This document shows positions 13,116 through 24,441 of a DNA stretch of 64,000 bases, piece by piece. This DNA comes from Octopus bimaculoides (taxonomy: Eukaryota). Made by a program: the position numbers and the translations under genes. The stretch is taken from positions 14,522,163-14,586,162 of the forward strand of contig NC_068981.1 of assembly GCF_001194135.2 (NCBI RefSeq), written 5' to 3'. Positions within the stretch are counted from its first letter, which is position 1, and the number at the start of each line of letters is the position of its first letter. The notes beneath the pieces were generated by a model. That model searched no databases. It saw only the letters and a program-made list of their open reading frames with translations, and had not been told where the DNA came from.

Positions 13116-13660
13116 TATATTATTTATTATATTTACATTATATGATTACGATATTACGTTACCTTTCAAGTCTCCATTTAGGCTGTAACTACTTTGAATG
13201 GAGAATTTGGTAACTGACTTGTATTTTACCCAATGTTGATTTCTTCTCTTACGGACCTATATTGTGATGAACTACATCTACCACCATTATGATGGATTTC
13301 CGACCTCGCCGGAAATAGTTGTTCGACTTATAAAACTTTTCTTCCTCTCCTTTAATTTTCCTTTGTATGTTGGATCTCTTAATATAAGTATGGTATGATT
13401 ATATTCAAATATCTGTGGTTTGTATATTTCCACATTTTGGTTTCTCTCATTTTGCATATATACATATTTTGTATTTCATACCGAAACTGTTGTATTCAAT
13501 ATATCTAATTTGTTTATCTTTGAATTCTCTTCTAGTTATTCTATACCGCGTAGAACGGGTCGTCTGTAAAGACATCGGGGTCTAAGTTTCAATCATTCGA
13601 ACACTTATAAACTCTTCAATACTGAGATGCATGGATTTCATAGTATAAGCTATATAGCTA

Positions 13661-13842
13661 TGATAGATCGCTGACCACTACACACATTTTCTTGTCTCCT
13701 TGTTTCTTTCCGTGTTCCTTTCTGTAGAAGAGCGTAGGCTCGAAACGTTAAAGACTTTCTCAATTCCCGAGCGTTACACTAATACATCTATTTGTTTTCA
13801 TCACAACCTATCTCGTCTGTTGTTTCTTTTTCGAATTCTCCC
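13661..13842 (+). mobile_element. Penelope-like terminal repeat with hammerhead-like motif (subfamily A)
   Basis: CTTT-CTGTAGA-A-GAGC-GTAG-GCTC-GAAAC-GTT-AAAG; ends in GAATTCTCCC next to (TA)n. Related copies at 37879 and 41270. Confidence 0.6.
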
Positions 13843-13867
13843 TATATACATATATATATATATATAT

Positions 13868-14031
13868 GGGAGAATATACAAATAATAACAACAGACGAGG
13901 ACAGGTGGTGTAAATAACAAAAGTATATATTAGTATGACGCTCGGGAATACGGAAAGTCTTTGGCGTTTCGAGCTACGCTCTTCAACAGAAAGAATACGG
14001 AGACAAGGAGAAAAACACGGAGAAAAAAAAA
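13868..14031 (-). mobile_element. Penelope-like terminal repeat (subfamily B), inverted partner of 16630-16793
   Basis: 164 bp identical to the reverse complement of 16630-16793 except for one base. Confidence 0.75.
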
Positions 14032-14929
14032 TATCCGCCCCTTGTATACATTATACATACATATATATATACGCATATAATAAACACACACACACATATA
14101 CATTCAATTTTAATTCCACTTACAGCTTTCAACCCACCTTATTTTATTTTGATATTCACCTTAACGGTTTAGTCATTTTCTCTCACATGAAAGTACAATA
14201 TAAATATGCAAAAAAAAATATAGAAATCTATGTGTGTGTGCGTATAAAAATATACATTATAACAATTTGTGGTATGTAATATAGATTTGATATAGCCAGC
14301 CAATCTGTGCATGTTGCATACTTTAATTTAACAGTGGTTATACATACTTAACTGCTAGAGAAATACATACGCAAACATAAATCACTGGATAAATCAATAA
14401 AACCCACCACAAATACTCATAATTGTCCCCTTCTGCATTACACGCTTCTAACGTGCAGTGATATAAGCGACATAAGGCTCCTTACAGCAATATATCCTTG
14501 GTTTGCTTCTTTGCGCCAGCGATTAAGAGTTTCTTAATGTCCAACGTTTTGTGTTTGAAAATTCATTGACCAGTAGTATCCTCTTAATCTCCAGATCATT
14601 CATACTCCTGACCCGGGGTTGTTTCAGGTATGCTGCCTACATATAATATCTACAAACGAAATCAATAAATAGTAAATTATAGTCAACTGTTATTGCTTAG
14701 CTCTATAACTACCGGTAATTCTAATTATATTAGTTTTTATTTTATATTTTGACCTAAAAAAAATTGCCCATATAATTACCATATTTTTAATCCGCACATT
14801 CCCCTCATATATAAGATTGTACCACTAAATATTATAACTATCACAATTGTGCTTCTAAATTCTAGTAGGTCGCATGAATTGATTATCACTGTTTTCTCAC
14901 TTCCTCCTTTTTCTTTTTACTTTTATTTA

Positions 14930-15057
14930 ATTCTCCGCTCTGATGAAGTTCGGCGATTCAAATTGGTATAATTAATTACTTACAATGATAACTATTATAA
15001 TTATTGTGGTTGTTAAACCTGGGATCGAGCTAACAGAAACAGCTGTAAGTTGAGATT
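14930..15057 (+). ncRNA. Type I hammerhead-ribozyme-like motif with long stem II (degenerate)
   Basis: Canonical CTGATGA (14940-46), GAAAC (15036-40), palindromic stem III ACAGCTGT and a GTA cleavage triplet; stems I and II are only partly complementary. Confidence 0.4.
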
Positions 15058-16240
15058 CTGTCTTTTTGTAATTAATTAATGCTAGTTGATGTAAATCAAT
15101 TTTCTCACCATTTTCTTCTTTCCTTGAATATCGATAAACCTCAGTTTACTGTTGTTATTACCTATCATTTATGAGCATTAATACCAATGCTCATNNNNNN
15201 NNNNNNNNNNNNNNNNNNNNNNNNNNNNNNNNNNNNNNNNNNNNNNNNNNNNNNNNNNNNNNNNNNNNNNNNNNNNNNNNNNNNNNNNNNNNNNNNNNNT
15301 ATATATATATATATATGCATACATGCAGAAAGAGAGTTGCAAAAAAGTTTTGGAAATTCGTTACTGCTTTTACATTTTAAGATCAAATCTCTGCAACCTG
15401 AAAGTTACCTTACGTAATATCAGATGCCAATAAGATAATAGACCATTCGCGTACTGGAATCACTCGTGCCTACTTTATATCCTCTCAGTATGATGCCCTT
15501 GTACCCAGAGTATACTGGGCTTGTGAGCATTTTAATTGCGTTGGCATTAGATTAGTTCCCTATATACTATAATATTTTGGGAACAAGCAAGACGAACGAG
15601 TATAAGAAAGAGGTGAATATTCGGAACAAAGGAATATAGATCAGTGTTAATAACTGTCCTTTATACAAACAACAACAAAACAAGAGATATACATTTCTTG
15701 TTTTAGTATTAAATTTTATATTGTAGTTATCATTATCAATGATGTCCCTTATTAGTAGCCATAGTAGTAAGATTTGAGAGGAAGATGGTCTGAATAGAGA
15801 TGAGAGCAGTGAATGATTGAATCTAACGTGGAAACAGACAGATATTGCTCAAGAAAATTTACACAATATGAAGCCATTTTGTCCATAACCGCTTCTGCTG
15901 CCGTTTCTCGTGCAATTCATATATACACTCTAATAGCTGTTTCGGAACCACTATCTAGGGAAAAAATATGTATGCCCCATGTGGGTTTATCTGATCAATT
16001 TCCATAGCATACTTATTCGAGTCATCAATAACTATTGACACATTTACATTCGAGTATCTTAGCGTGCCATTAAACAATCTTCTTTTATATTTGGCTTCGA
16101 TGAACAATGTCAAAAAAAAATAATAATAATAACCTGTTAGGTTGGATTTATTTTGCTAACGTATGTACATTAACTCAAATGTATGCCAAAGACTGCGATT
16201 ATTGGATTATATAAACAAAATCTACTTCACCGACCAACAT

Positions 16241-16274
<34 letters not shown>

Positions 16275-16599
16275 TATACATACGTTCATTTCATTCATTT
16301 CATACACTTTAGCTCTATGTGCGCTGACGTTCGAAACTACAGGTCTCCACAAGTATCTTTATACATCTGCATGGCATCCAATTAACCAGACATACGAAAA
16401 TACAGATGTTGAAAGAAATATTCATGGTTCAATAAAATGAACATATATCAGCAGGTCGATGTCTTTATAAAACTGGATATATTTACAATACGCAGATAAT
16501 TATATTTACAATTGAGGGAGGGATATAAATATACACACACACGCACACATATATACATATATATATACATATATATATATATTATGATCGGCCATTATT

Positions 16600-16793
16600 A
16601 TGATTGACCGTTGACTGAACACTATTCAATTTTTTTTTCTCCGTGTTTTTCTCCTTGTCTCCGTATTCTTTCTGTTGAAGAGCGTAGCTCGAAACGTCAA
16701 AGACTTTCCGTATTCCCGAGCGTCATACTAATATATACTTTTGTTATTTACACCACCTGTCCTCGTCTGTTGTTATTATTTGTATATTCTCCC
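16600..16793 (+). mobile_element. Penelope-like terminal repeat (subfamily B)
   Basis: Same family as 13661 and 13868; ends in TATTCTCCC next to (TA)n. Confidence 0.75.
16667..16703 (+). ncRNA. Minimal type I hammerhead-like motif with non-canonical core
   Basis: Stem I TCTTT/AAAGA, core CTGTTGA+A, stem II GAGC-GTA-GCTC, then GAAAC-GTC. Confidence 0.4.
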
Positions 16794-16810
16794 ATATATA
16801 TATATATATA

Positions 16811-17890
16811 GGGCCATCCCATAGATAATGCTGTTTTTTTATACTTCTTTTATTTTTGAAAGTTAGAATTCTTTTTAAATCTAAAATATACTCTCCATTT
16901 TCTACAATGCTCTTTCATCTATCTGGTAGACTTTCAATGCCCCTTTTTCCAAAATGCACTTGTCCGTGACGAAAAACACTCCTCCACTACTGTTCTGCTC
17001 TCGTCTACAAAATTCATATTTTTTCTGTCCAAATGATTTTGTAGACTGGGCAATAAATGATAATCAGATGGGGCAATGTTCCAAGAATATGGTGGGTGGA
17101 GCACCGTTTTCCATTCAAATTACTCCAGCCGTTGGAATGTCATCCTCGCTGTACGTGGCCGAGAATTATCCTGATGGAAGAATACCTTTCATCTCGAAAC
17201 AAGCGATGGTCTTTTTTGCCTTTATCGCTCCCTTAAGCCGCTCGAGCTCTTTGCCCTAGAGCTCGTTCTGTTATCTTTTGGTTTGGGTTTCACATTTCGA
17301 AGTGGACAAAACCTTTCATATTCCACTAAATAGATAACCACACCTTACATGGGTAAATACATTTAGCCTGCATTGCCGATGTTTCTCCTTTCCTTACCCA
17401 CTGTCTTTGGCGCTTGACAGTTTTATAGAGATACGTTTTCTTGTCACCAGTCACTGTTCAGTCCATAAAGGTTCAATTCATGAGACGTGACAATATAGAA
17501 GAGCACACATTCATTGTCTGCGCGCGATTAGAATCGGTAAGTTTAAGAGGAAACCATTGACCCAACTTTCTGACTTTTACGATGTCACGCAGATGTAGAT
17601 GAATGGCTGAATGACCAAAAACAAGCTTCTCTGCTAGTTCAACAGTTAGGATGGGATGTTGTTCCATTATTGTTCGCAGGAGTTGCTCATCGAGCACTAC
17701 AGATTTTCAAGGACGAGACTCAGAATTTCCGGAACCACTGTTGACACTGGCTTAAGCTTATTGTCAGATCCCCATATACTGCATTAATATTCCTCGCACT
17801 TTCCCTTGTGTTGTTGATACTCCTTTGTCATTGTCATTACAGCTTTGAAAACATAATTTAAAATCGAACTGCACTCTTTAAGCATTGCAC
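16811..17890 (-). mobile_element. mariner (DD34D) transposon remnant
   Basis: Minus-strand LAEKLVFGHSAIHLHL..KLGQWFPLKL, VTGDKK, FFHQDNSRP and LHPPYSWNIAPSDYHL; TIR-like end GGGCCATCCCATAGATAATG abutting TA at 16809-10. Confidence 0.85.
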
Positions 17891-17956
17891 TAAGAATAAG
17901 GACAAATATTTACTACTTGCTGTTATTATAGCAAGTTGATGAAGGTAGTTTATCTC

Positions 17957-17992
<36 letters not shown>

Positions 17993-19875
17993 NNNNNNNN
18001 NNNNNNNNNNNNNNNNNNNNNNNNNNNNNNNNNNNNNNNNNNNNNNNNNNNNNNNNNNNNNNNNNNNNNNNNNNNNNNNNNNNNNNNNNNNNNNNNNNNN
18101 NNNNNNNNNNNNNNNNNNNNNNNNNNNNNNNNNNNNNNNNNNNNNNNNNAGTCTACTGAAAAGAGAGGAGAATATTAAAAGAAATCAAATACAAGTGTAT
18201 GGAAAAAATAATATTCTGTGAATACAGAAAATGGCTATTAGCTAAATGAATTTGGGGATAAAATTCCAAAACTAAAACAAAATAAAAACGTAACCGCATC
18301 GTAAGATGAAAGAGAATGTAAAAAAATATGAATATAGTAAATTCTAACCAATTTTACTTATAAGATAAAAAGTAAAATAGTATTTGATTTGAAATTTCTA
18401 AAAGATACGAGTATGTTTTTCTGAAAAGAAGAACGGCACCTACTAGCATTTGTTTTTTTTTTTTTTATGAATATTGTTTAGATTTGTTTTTGTTTTTTTT
18501 TTTTAAACTTAAAACAAAACAAAAACGTAATAGGAAAGATATTTTTGTCTTGAAATAAAATTCAAACTCAAAGACATCATTTCCTGTTGGCAATATTAAT
18601 TGCCAGAACTACTCCAGATATCATTAATTTCGATCACTGAATTAACAGCTGCCAAGAGAAAAAACGTAATTAGTTTCCAAGAAACAACTCAAATTCTACG
18701 AGACAGGCATAAACACAGACACTCGCAATACATATAGGCTTCATCTGTAACATACATTTAAGCACACATAGACATATATGTTTATATCTGTATATATCAA
18801 CACACATACGCGCACACAATACTAAAATCGTACGTTTAGTTTTTTATCATTCATCTCATACAAACAGCAGTATATGTTTGATATCAAATTTTGAGACGAA
18901 AAATTTAAGATGTGAAACGACCTACCACTGCATGTGATATCATTGCTTATCGCATACATACGCTTAGACAATGCATTGCACTGCGTCTCTATCGCGTTTT
19001 TTTCGTCTTCTGCGACATAGTTTTACAACACTAATTATTACTTCTTTTTCATTCGAACCAAAAGATGTGCAAATTAACAGAAATACCAACGCATATAATA
19101 TTTAAGTTAACAAACGAATTTTCCTTAAAGATACGGTAATAAAACTAACAGAAAGTTTAATGGCTGGGTATTCTGAATGTTTATTAGGAAAATCCGGCTT
19201 GTGATATTGACCGCCTGATTTTTTTTAATGACTAAAAGTCGAATATTCCTCTTTATTTCTCAGCATAGACATTAAAAAAGAACAAGAGCAAGGTTGAACA
19301 ACCATGTATATAACGACGCATTATGTATGATAAAACGCCACGATAAACATAACCATTAACAAGGAGGAAGCAGTAATGGTGAGGTTTTGGATTATGTGTG
19401 CATGGAAGATGCAAGAAAAGTTCGTTCTAAGTTTTGAATATGATGACTAAGTGAGCTATGTCCTGATAGTATCACTCTTCTGTAAACCTTATCAGGAACA
19501 TATATAAAAACTAGACTGGCATCCCAACGTTGGCAATATTACTACTACTACTTGTCGGAAGCATTACGAAATGTCATTAAAATTATCTGGGAGAATTTTT
19601 GAAAACGTATGTAGGTATATTTTGCTTGGGCGGTTCAATTCCAAAATTCTATAGCCGAAGCATAAAGGGATTCAGTATTTCTTGATTTTCGATATAGATA
19701 TGACACGCGTGCAGATGAACAAGAGAACATAACGTTAGCTCGCTGGGTATAGAGAAAACCCGGGAGGCAGAAAACAGCAAATGCAGCGCTCTAGCATAGA
19801 TTTATTGGTGATGCCTAGCATCTGCTGTAAATGATTCCAAAATGTAACAGCCGTTTGCTCCACAGACCTATTATA

Positions 19876-20730
19876 CGACCGGGTGCCAAAAAGTAACCTG
19901 AAAAATTCTCTGTTGGACAAGCCCTTTGTAGTTCAGATTTCCGCCGCTAGAGGCCACTTGATGCGGCCTTCAGGCATCATTCTGTTGACCGCCGTTCTCG
20001 ACTGGGGTAATACAGACACGTAGTGTGTATTTGTTTTACAGTGTTTCTTCTCTGTTCGTCAATTTTTGAGATGACTGAAATGAAGGAAAAGCGTATTTCC
20101 GTGAAATGTTGCTTTCTGCTGGGGAACACGGTGACCAAAAGAGTTGTTATACTTCAAACAGCTTACACAGAAGCTTCTATGATCAAAGCACAAGTTTACG
20201 AACGGATTTTACGCCTTAGGAATGGTTACTTGTTGCCTGAGGTCAAACCACATTCAGGACGACCGTCGACCTCCTGAACGAATAAAAACAAGAAAATTCA
20301 TGAACTGATTTTGGAGGACTGTCACCGAACAATTGACAAACTTATTGATGTGACCGTTTTCCTTTGGAGCTCCTGGCAACGAAGTTCAACGAGGAATTTT
20401 GTGCATCGCTTTTGCACGGAGGATCAAAATCAGTCAGGATTTTATGCGTATCGTGAATTGAAAGAATAGTTGGAAGTTGATCCGGACCTTTTTGCTAGGG
20501 TCATCACTGGTGACGAAAGCGGGTGCAACGGAATTTGCAGATGTGGAAGAGGTGAAGAAAGACGGCGTCACTTTGCAAAAATTCCAGGACTGTTTCGAAC
20601 AGCGGAAAATGTGTCTAGACACATGCATTGCTTCAAATGAGGAATACTTTCAAGGCGATAAAAGTGTAAACATGGAAAACTTTGTAAATAAATTACTGCA
20701 AAATTCCGGTTTCTTTTGGGTACATCCTCC
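19876..20730 (+). mobile_element. Internally deleted mariner transposon
   Basis: Both TIRs (CGACCGGGTGCCAAAAAGTAACCTGAA / TTCCGGTTTCTTTTGGGTACATCCTCC) with TA flanks. N-terminus MTEMKEKRISVKCCF..HSGRPSTS; VITGDESG is joined directly to the C-terminal FADVEEVK..CIASNEEYFQGD. Confidence 0.85.
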
Positions 20731-21040
20731 TATAAATAACTTTATAATCATCGTTTCCTAAAGTGTGACTAAAAATGTATTGATATATTCCATAGTACAT
20801 TATAGCAATGTAACAAAAAGTATTTAATACAACAGCAGTTTAACGGAAGGTTTATCTTTAGACAACTTCACAAAAAGACAAAAATGTAGTGCAGATGGAA
20901 TATAAAAAAATATATTGTGAAGCATGTAGGAAACGATATCAATTCACATGCCGTATTATAAGATTTTCTTACTATTCGGCAAACGGTTTCCATGTGTTGT
21001 GTACGCAAACTAAAGAGGCACGAATAGAATTCGTTTCTAC

Positions 21041-21670
21041 TTTAGGTACAAGGTCCGAAATTTCCTGGAGGAGGTTTCTAGTCGATCAGATCAACCCAGT
21101 ACGCAACTGGTATTTAATTAATCGACCCGAAAGGATGAAAGGCAAAGTAGACCTCGGCTGAATTTGAACTCAGAACGTAGACAGGCGACATACCGCTAAG
21201 CATTTCACTCGGCGTGTTAACGCTTCTTATTTCTTTATTGCCCACAAGGCGCTAAACATAGAGAGGACAAACAAGGACAGACACAGGGATTAAGTCGATT
21301 ACATCCACCTCAGGGCGTAACTGGTACTTAATTTATCCACCCCTAAAGGATGAAAAGCAAACACGACCCCGGCGGAATTTGAACTCAGAACGTAACCGCA
21401 GATGAAATACCGCCTAAGCACTTCGCTCGGCAAACGTTTCTTAATTCTTTGTTGCCCACAAGGGGCTAAACAGAGGAGACAAACAAGGACAGACAAAAGG
21501 GATTAAGTCGATTGTATCAACCCCAGTGTGTAACTGGTACTTAATTTACCGACCCCGAAAGGATGAAATGGAAAGTCGACCTCGGCGGAATTCGAACTCA
21601 GAATGTAATGGCAGACGAAAAACAACTAAGTATTTCGCCCGGCGTGCTAATGTTTCTGCCAGCACGCCGC
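21041..21670 (-). mobile_element. Three tandem tRNA-derived SINE copies
   Basis: Three units each contain CCGAAAGGATGAAA..GTCGACCTCGGCGGAATTTGAACTCAGAA-like sequence (B box GTTCAAATT on the minus strand); a complete head is present only at about 21670. Confidence 0.85.
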
Positions 21671-23994
21671 CTTACGACACGAATAATATCAAACATGTAC
21701 TGTTGTACTTGTGCAACGAAAACGAAAATGACAAAATGTAAATAAAATATCTTGCAGCTAAGAGTATTTTGCATAAAAATAGAAAAAGTATGGGAATGAC
21801 AAAAGCTAAATGCCTTAAAAAGAAAAGAAAAGAAAAGTTGGACGAGGGCACGATAATCTAAGTACTAGGATAAATGTTCGTTTGTACAAAATAAAAATGA
21901 AACAAAAGATTTATGTTTGTCTTGCATGAGCCACTTTTGGATGAGCCACAAATGGACATAAAAATATATATTTCAGCAAAAAATTTGTATCTGCCTACAA
22001 AACGTTCAATCGCAATGTTCAAGTTGGCGTCTGTAGTCATAGAAACCAACCTACAATCTGATAACGGATACTACAGTGAACTTCACTTTATACCTGCGGA
22101 AAGAATGTAAAACCTAAAAGCCACAATCTCTGTGTCTCGTAGTGTGTGTGTGTGTGTGTGAAGCATCGATTAAATTGTAGTAACAAATAGTAATATGTAT
22201 ACGGTAAGTATTGAAGATCATTTGATGGCGCAATTCACAGGTGAGAAAGCTAGTAGTGCATAATCAAAGTAAACAGTAGTGCGTAATCAAAGTACACGAT
22301 GAAAGTACAGCAGTGCATGATTCATCTACTTCAAGTAAGTCCAAATGAGATGATAGAGAGAGAGAAAAAGAGGTACAGAGACCGAGAGGCAGTGAGATTT
22401 AGAGAGATATAGTGATATACATANNNNNNNNNNNNNNNNNNNNNNNNNNNNNNNNNNNNNNNNNNNNNNNNNNNNNNNNNNNNNNNNNNNNNNNNNNNNN
22501 NNNNNNNNNNNNNNNNNNNNNNNNNNNTATATATATGTACATATATGTATGTATATATGAGAGAGAAAAAGTTGCCAACAACAATAACGAGAGGGAGAGA
22601 GAGAGAATGATACAGAAGACACACACAAAGAAATACAGAAATAAACAACATGGGAAAGACAGAGAAAGAGAGGAAGAGAGGAGAGAAAGAGGAGAGAGAG
22701 AAAGAGAGAGAAGAGAGAGGAGAGAGATGAGGGAATGAGTGTGACAAAGAGTAAGATACAGGCAGTCAGAAATATGATCTAATTCTATAAGTTTAGCAAG
22801 AAAGTTATAACTTTCGTGGCAAACCATTACACTCACCTTCGGGAACATCTCGATACGAAGAAATTTTATAAATTGCTTCAAAGCAATTTCGAAGCCAGAT
22901 ATTCTAAAGCATATTGTGGGATATTTTCAAAGCATTAAAAACGAATATCTGTGCGAGTTTATTTATAAGATCATATTAACCGCATCGTATGCCAGTCCGC
23001 TTTAGCAAAAACGAGGGCAGTGCTATCTATTTCAGCTGCTTATAGTGGCATATCAGCCCTTTCAAGTACCGTCACAAAGATAATACCACATAGCTTACGA
23101 TGTATATTTTGCATTGCAAATAGGCTATGAATATGCATACATTGCACGATGTATTGTTTCTATGGAACCAAGTTTCCTAATAAAGGTTCAAAAGAGTGAA
23201 ATTTATGTTTAACTGAGCAGTATGATATTATAAATCAATAAAGAGGAGAATTGCAAAGGTAGTGTAGACTTGCAAGCACAATATTAAATTGTGATACCTT
23301 TTTAAGTTAACAAAAAGGGGACACATTATTGTAGATGTCATACCACCATTTATCAATTTGCTTCAACAAACAACTTTCTATGAATCATTCTTTTATGTAT
23401 TGTGAAGTTAGGCATAAAAGAATGTTATTGCATTTTGTGGAAGGCTCCGAATATTAGGAATATATAGAGCATCAACGAACTAACTGTAGATATCATTCAT
23501 TGTGTGGAACTCACTTGAGCCTTAGTGCGAGTCAGCTGCTCTTGGCTAACTCACATTGAATCTATAGAAGATCCGGGATTTATTTTGAATCTAAATAAGT
23601 AGTCAAGCGGAGAAACCTTTCTCTTTGCTATGAATGTGAGATGGCCAGCAAAAATCTCACAACTTTAGATTTAGAACAGACTGATTTTGAAGGTTTTAGT
23701 TTGCGTGTTGTTCAAGACTAAGTAGGATAAAGTCAAATCTATTTCATTTATATAATGTGTTCCTTTGGTGGATACAGAATTGTCATGTCTTTAAAGTAGA
23801 ATGAATTTGAAGTTTCTTCAATAAGCATTGAATGGAGTTATGGGAAAATACCAACAACTACAATTGTTCGATTTCAATTAATTTTACACGTATTACAAAC
23901 AATGAGCATGGATGCAAGATCCAGCGACCAGTCAGCAAAAATGCCTCCCTGCTGAGAAATCGCTGAAATTACTGTTTTTAATTCAGCTCCCGTC

Positions 23995-24441
23995 GTTGGC
24001 ACTCCGTCGGTTACAACGACGAGGGTTCCAGTTGATCCGATCAACGGAACAGCCTACTCGTGAAATTAACGTGAAAGTGGCTGAGTAATACACAGACACG
24101 TGTACACTTAACGTAGTTCTCGGGTAGATTCAGCGTGACACAGAGTGTGACAATGCTGGCCCTTTGAAATACAGGTAGAACAGAAACAGGANNNNNNNNN
24201 NGACACAGAGTGTGACAATGCTGGCCCTTTGAAATACAGGTAGAACAGAAACAGGAAGAAAGAGCGAGAGAAAGTTGTGGTGAAAGAGTACAGCAGGGCT
24301 CACCACCATCACCTGCCGGAGCCTCGTGGGGCTTTAGGTGTTTTCGTTCTATAAACACCGACAACGCCCGATCTGGGAATCGAAACCGCGATCCTACGAC
24401 CGCGAGTCCACTGCTCTAACCACTGGGCCATTGCGCCTCCA
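23995..24441 (-). mobile_element. tRNA-derived SINE, near full length
   Basis: Minus-strand head TGGAGGCGCAATGGCCCAGTGGTTAG...GGTTTCGATTCCCAG (A and B boxes); body shared with 32130-32441. Confidence 0.8.

Noticed and set aside
24143-24256. Tandem duplication of about 50 bp inside the SINE
   Set aside because: The two copies flank a 10-N gap; this is a typical unmerged contig-overlap artifact.
24365-24441. tRNA gene (also 21590-21670, 46062-46125, 61285-61355)
   Set aside because: A and B boxes are present, but the cloverleaf is broken and each continues into a SINE body.
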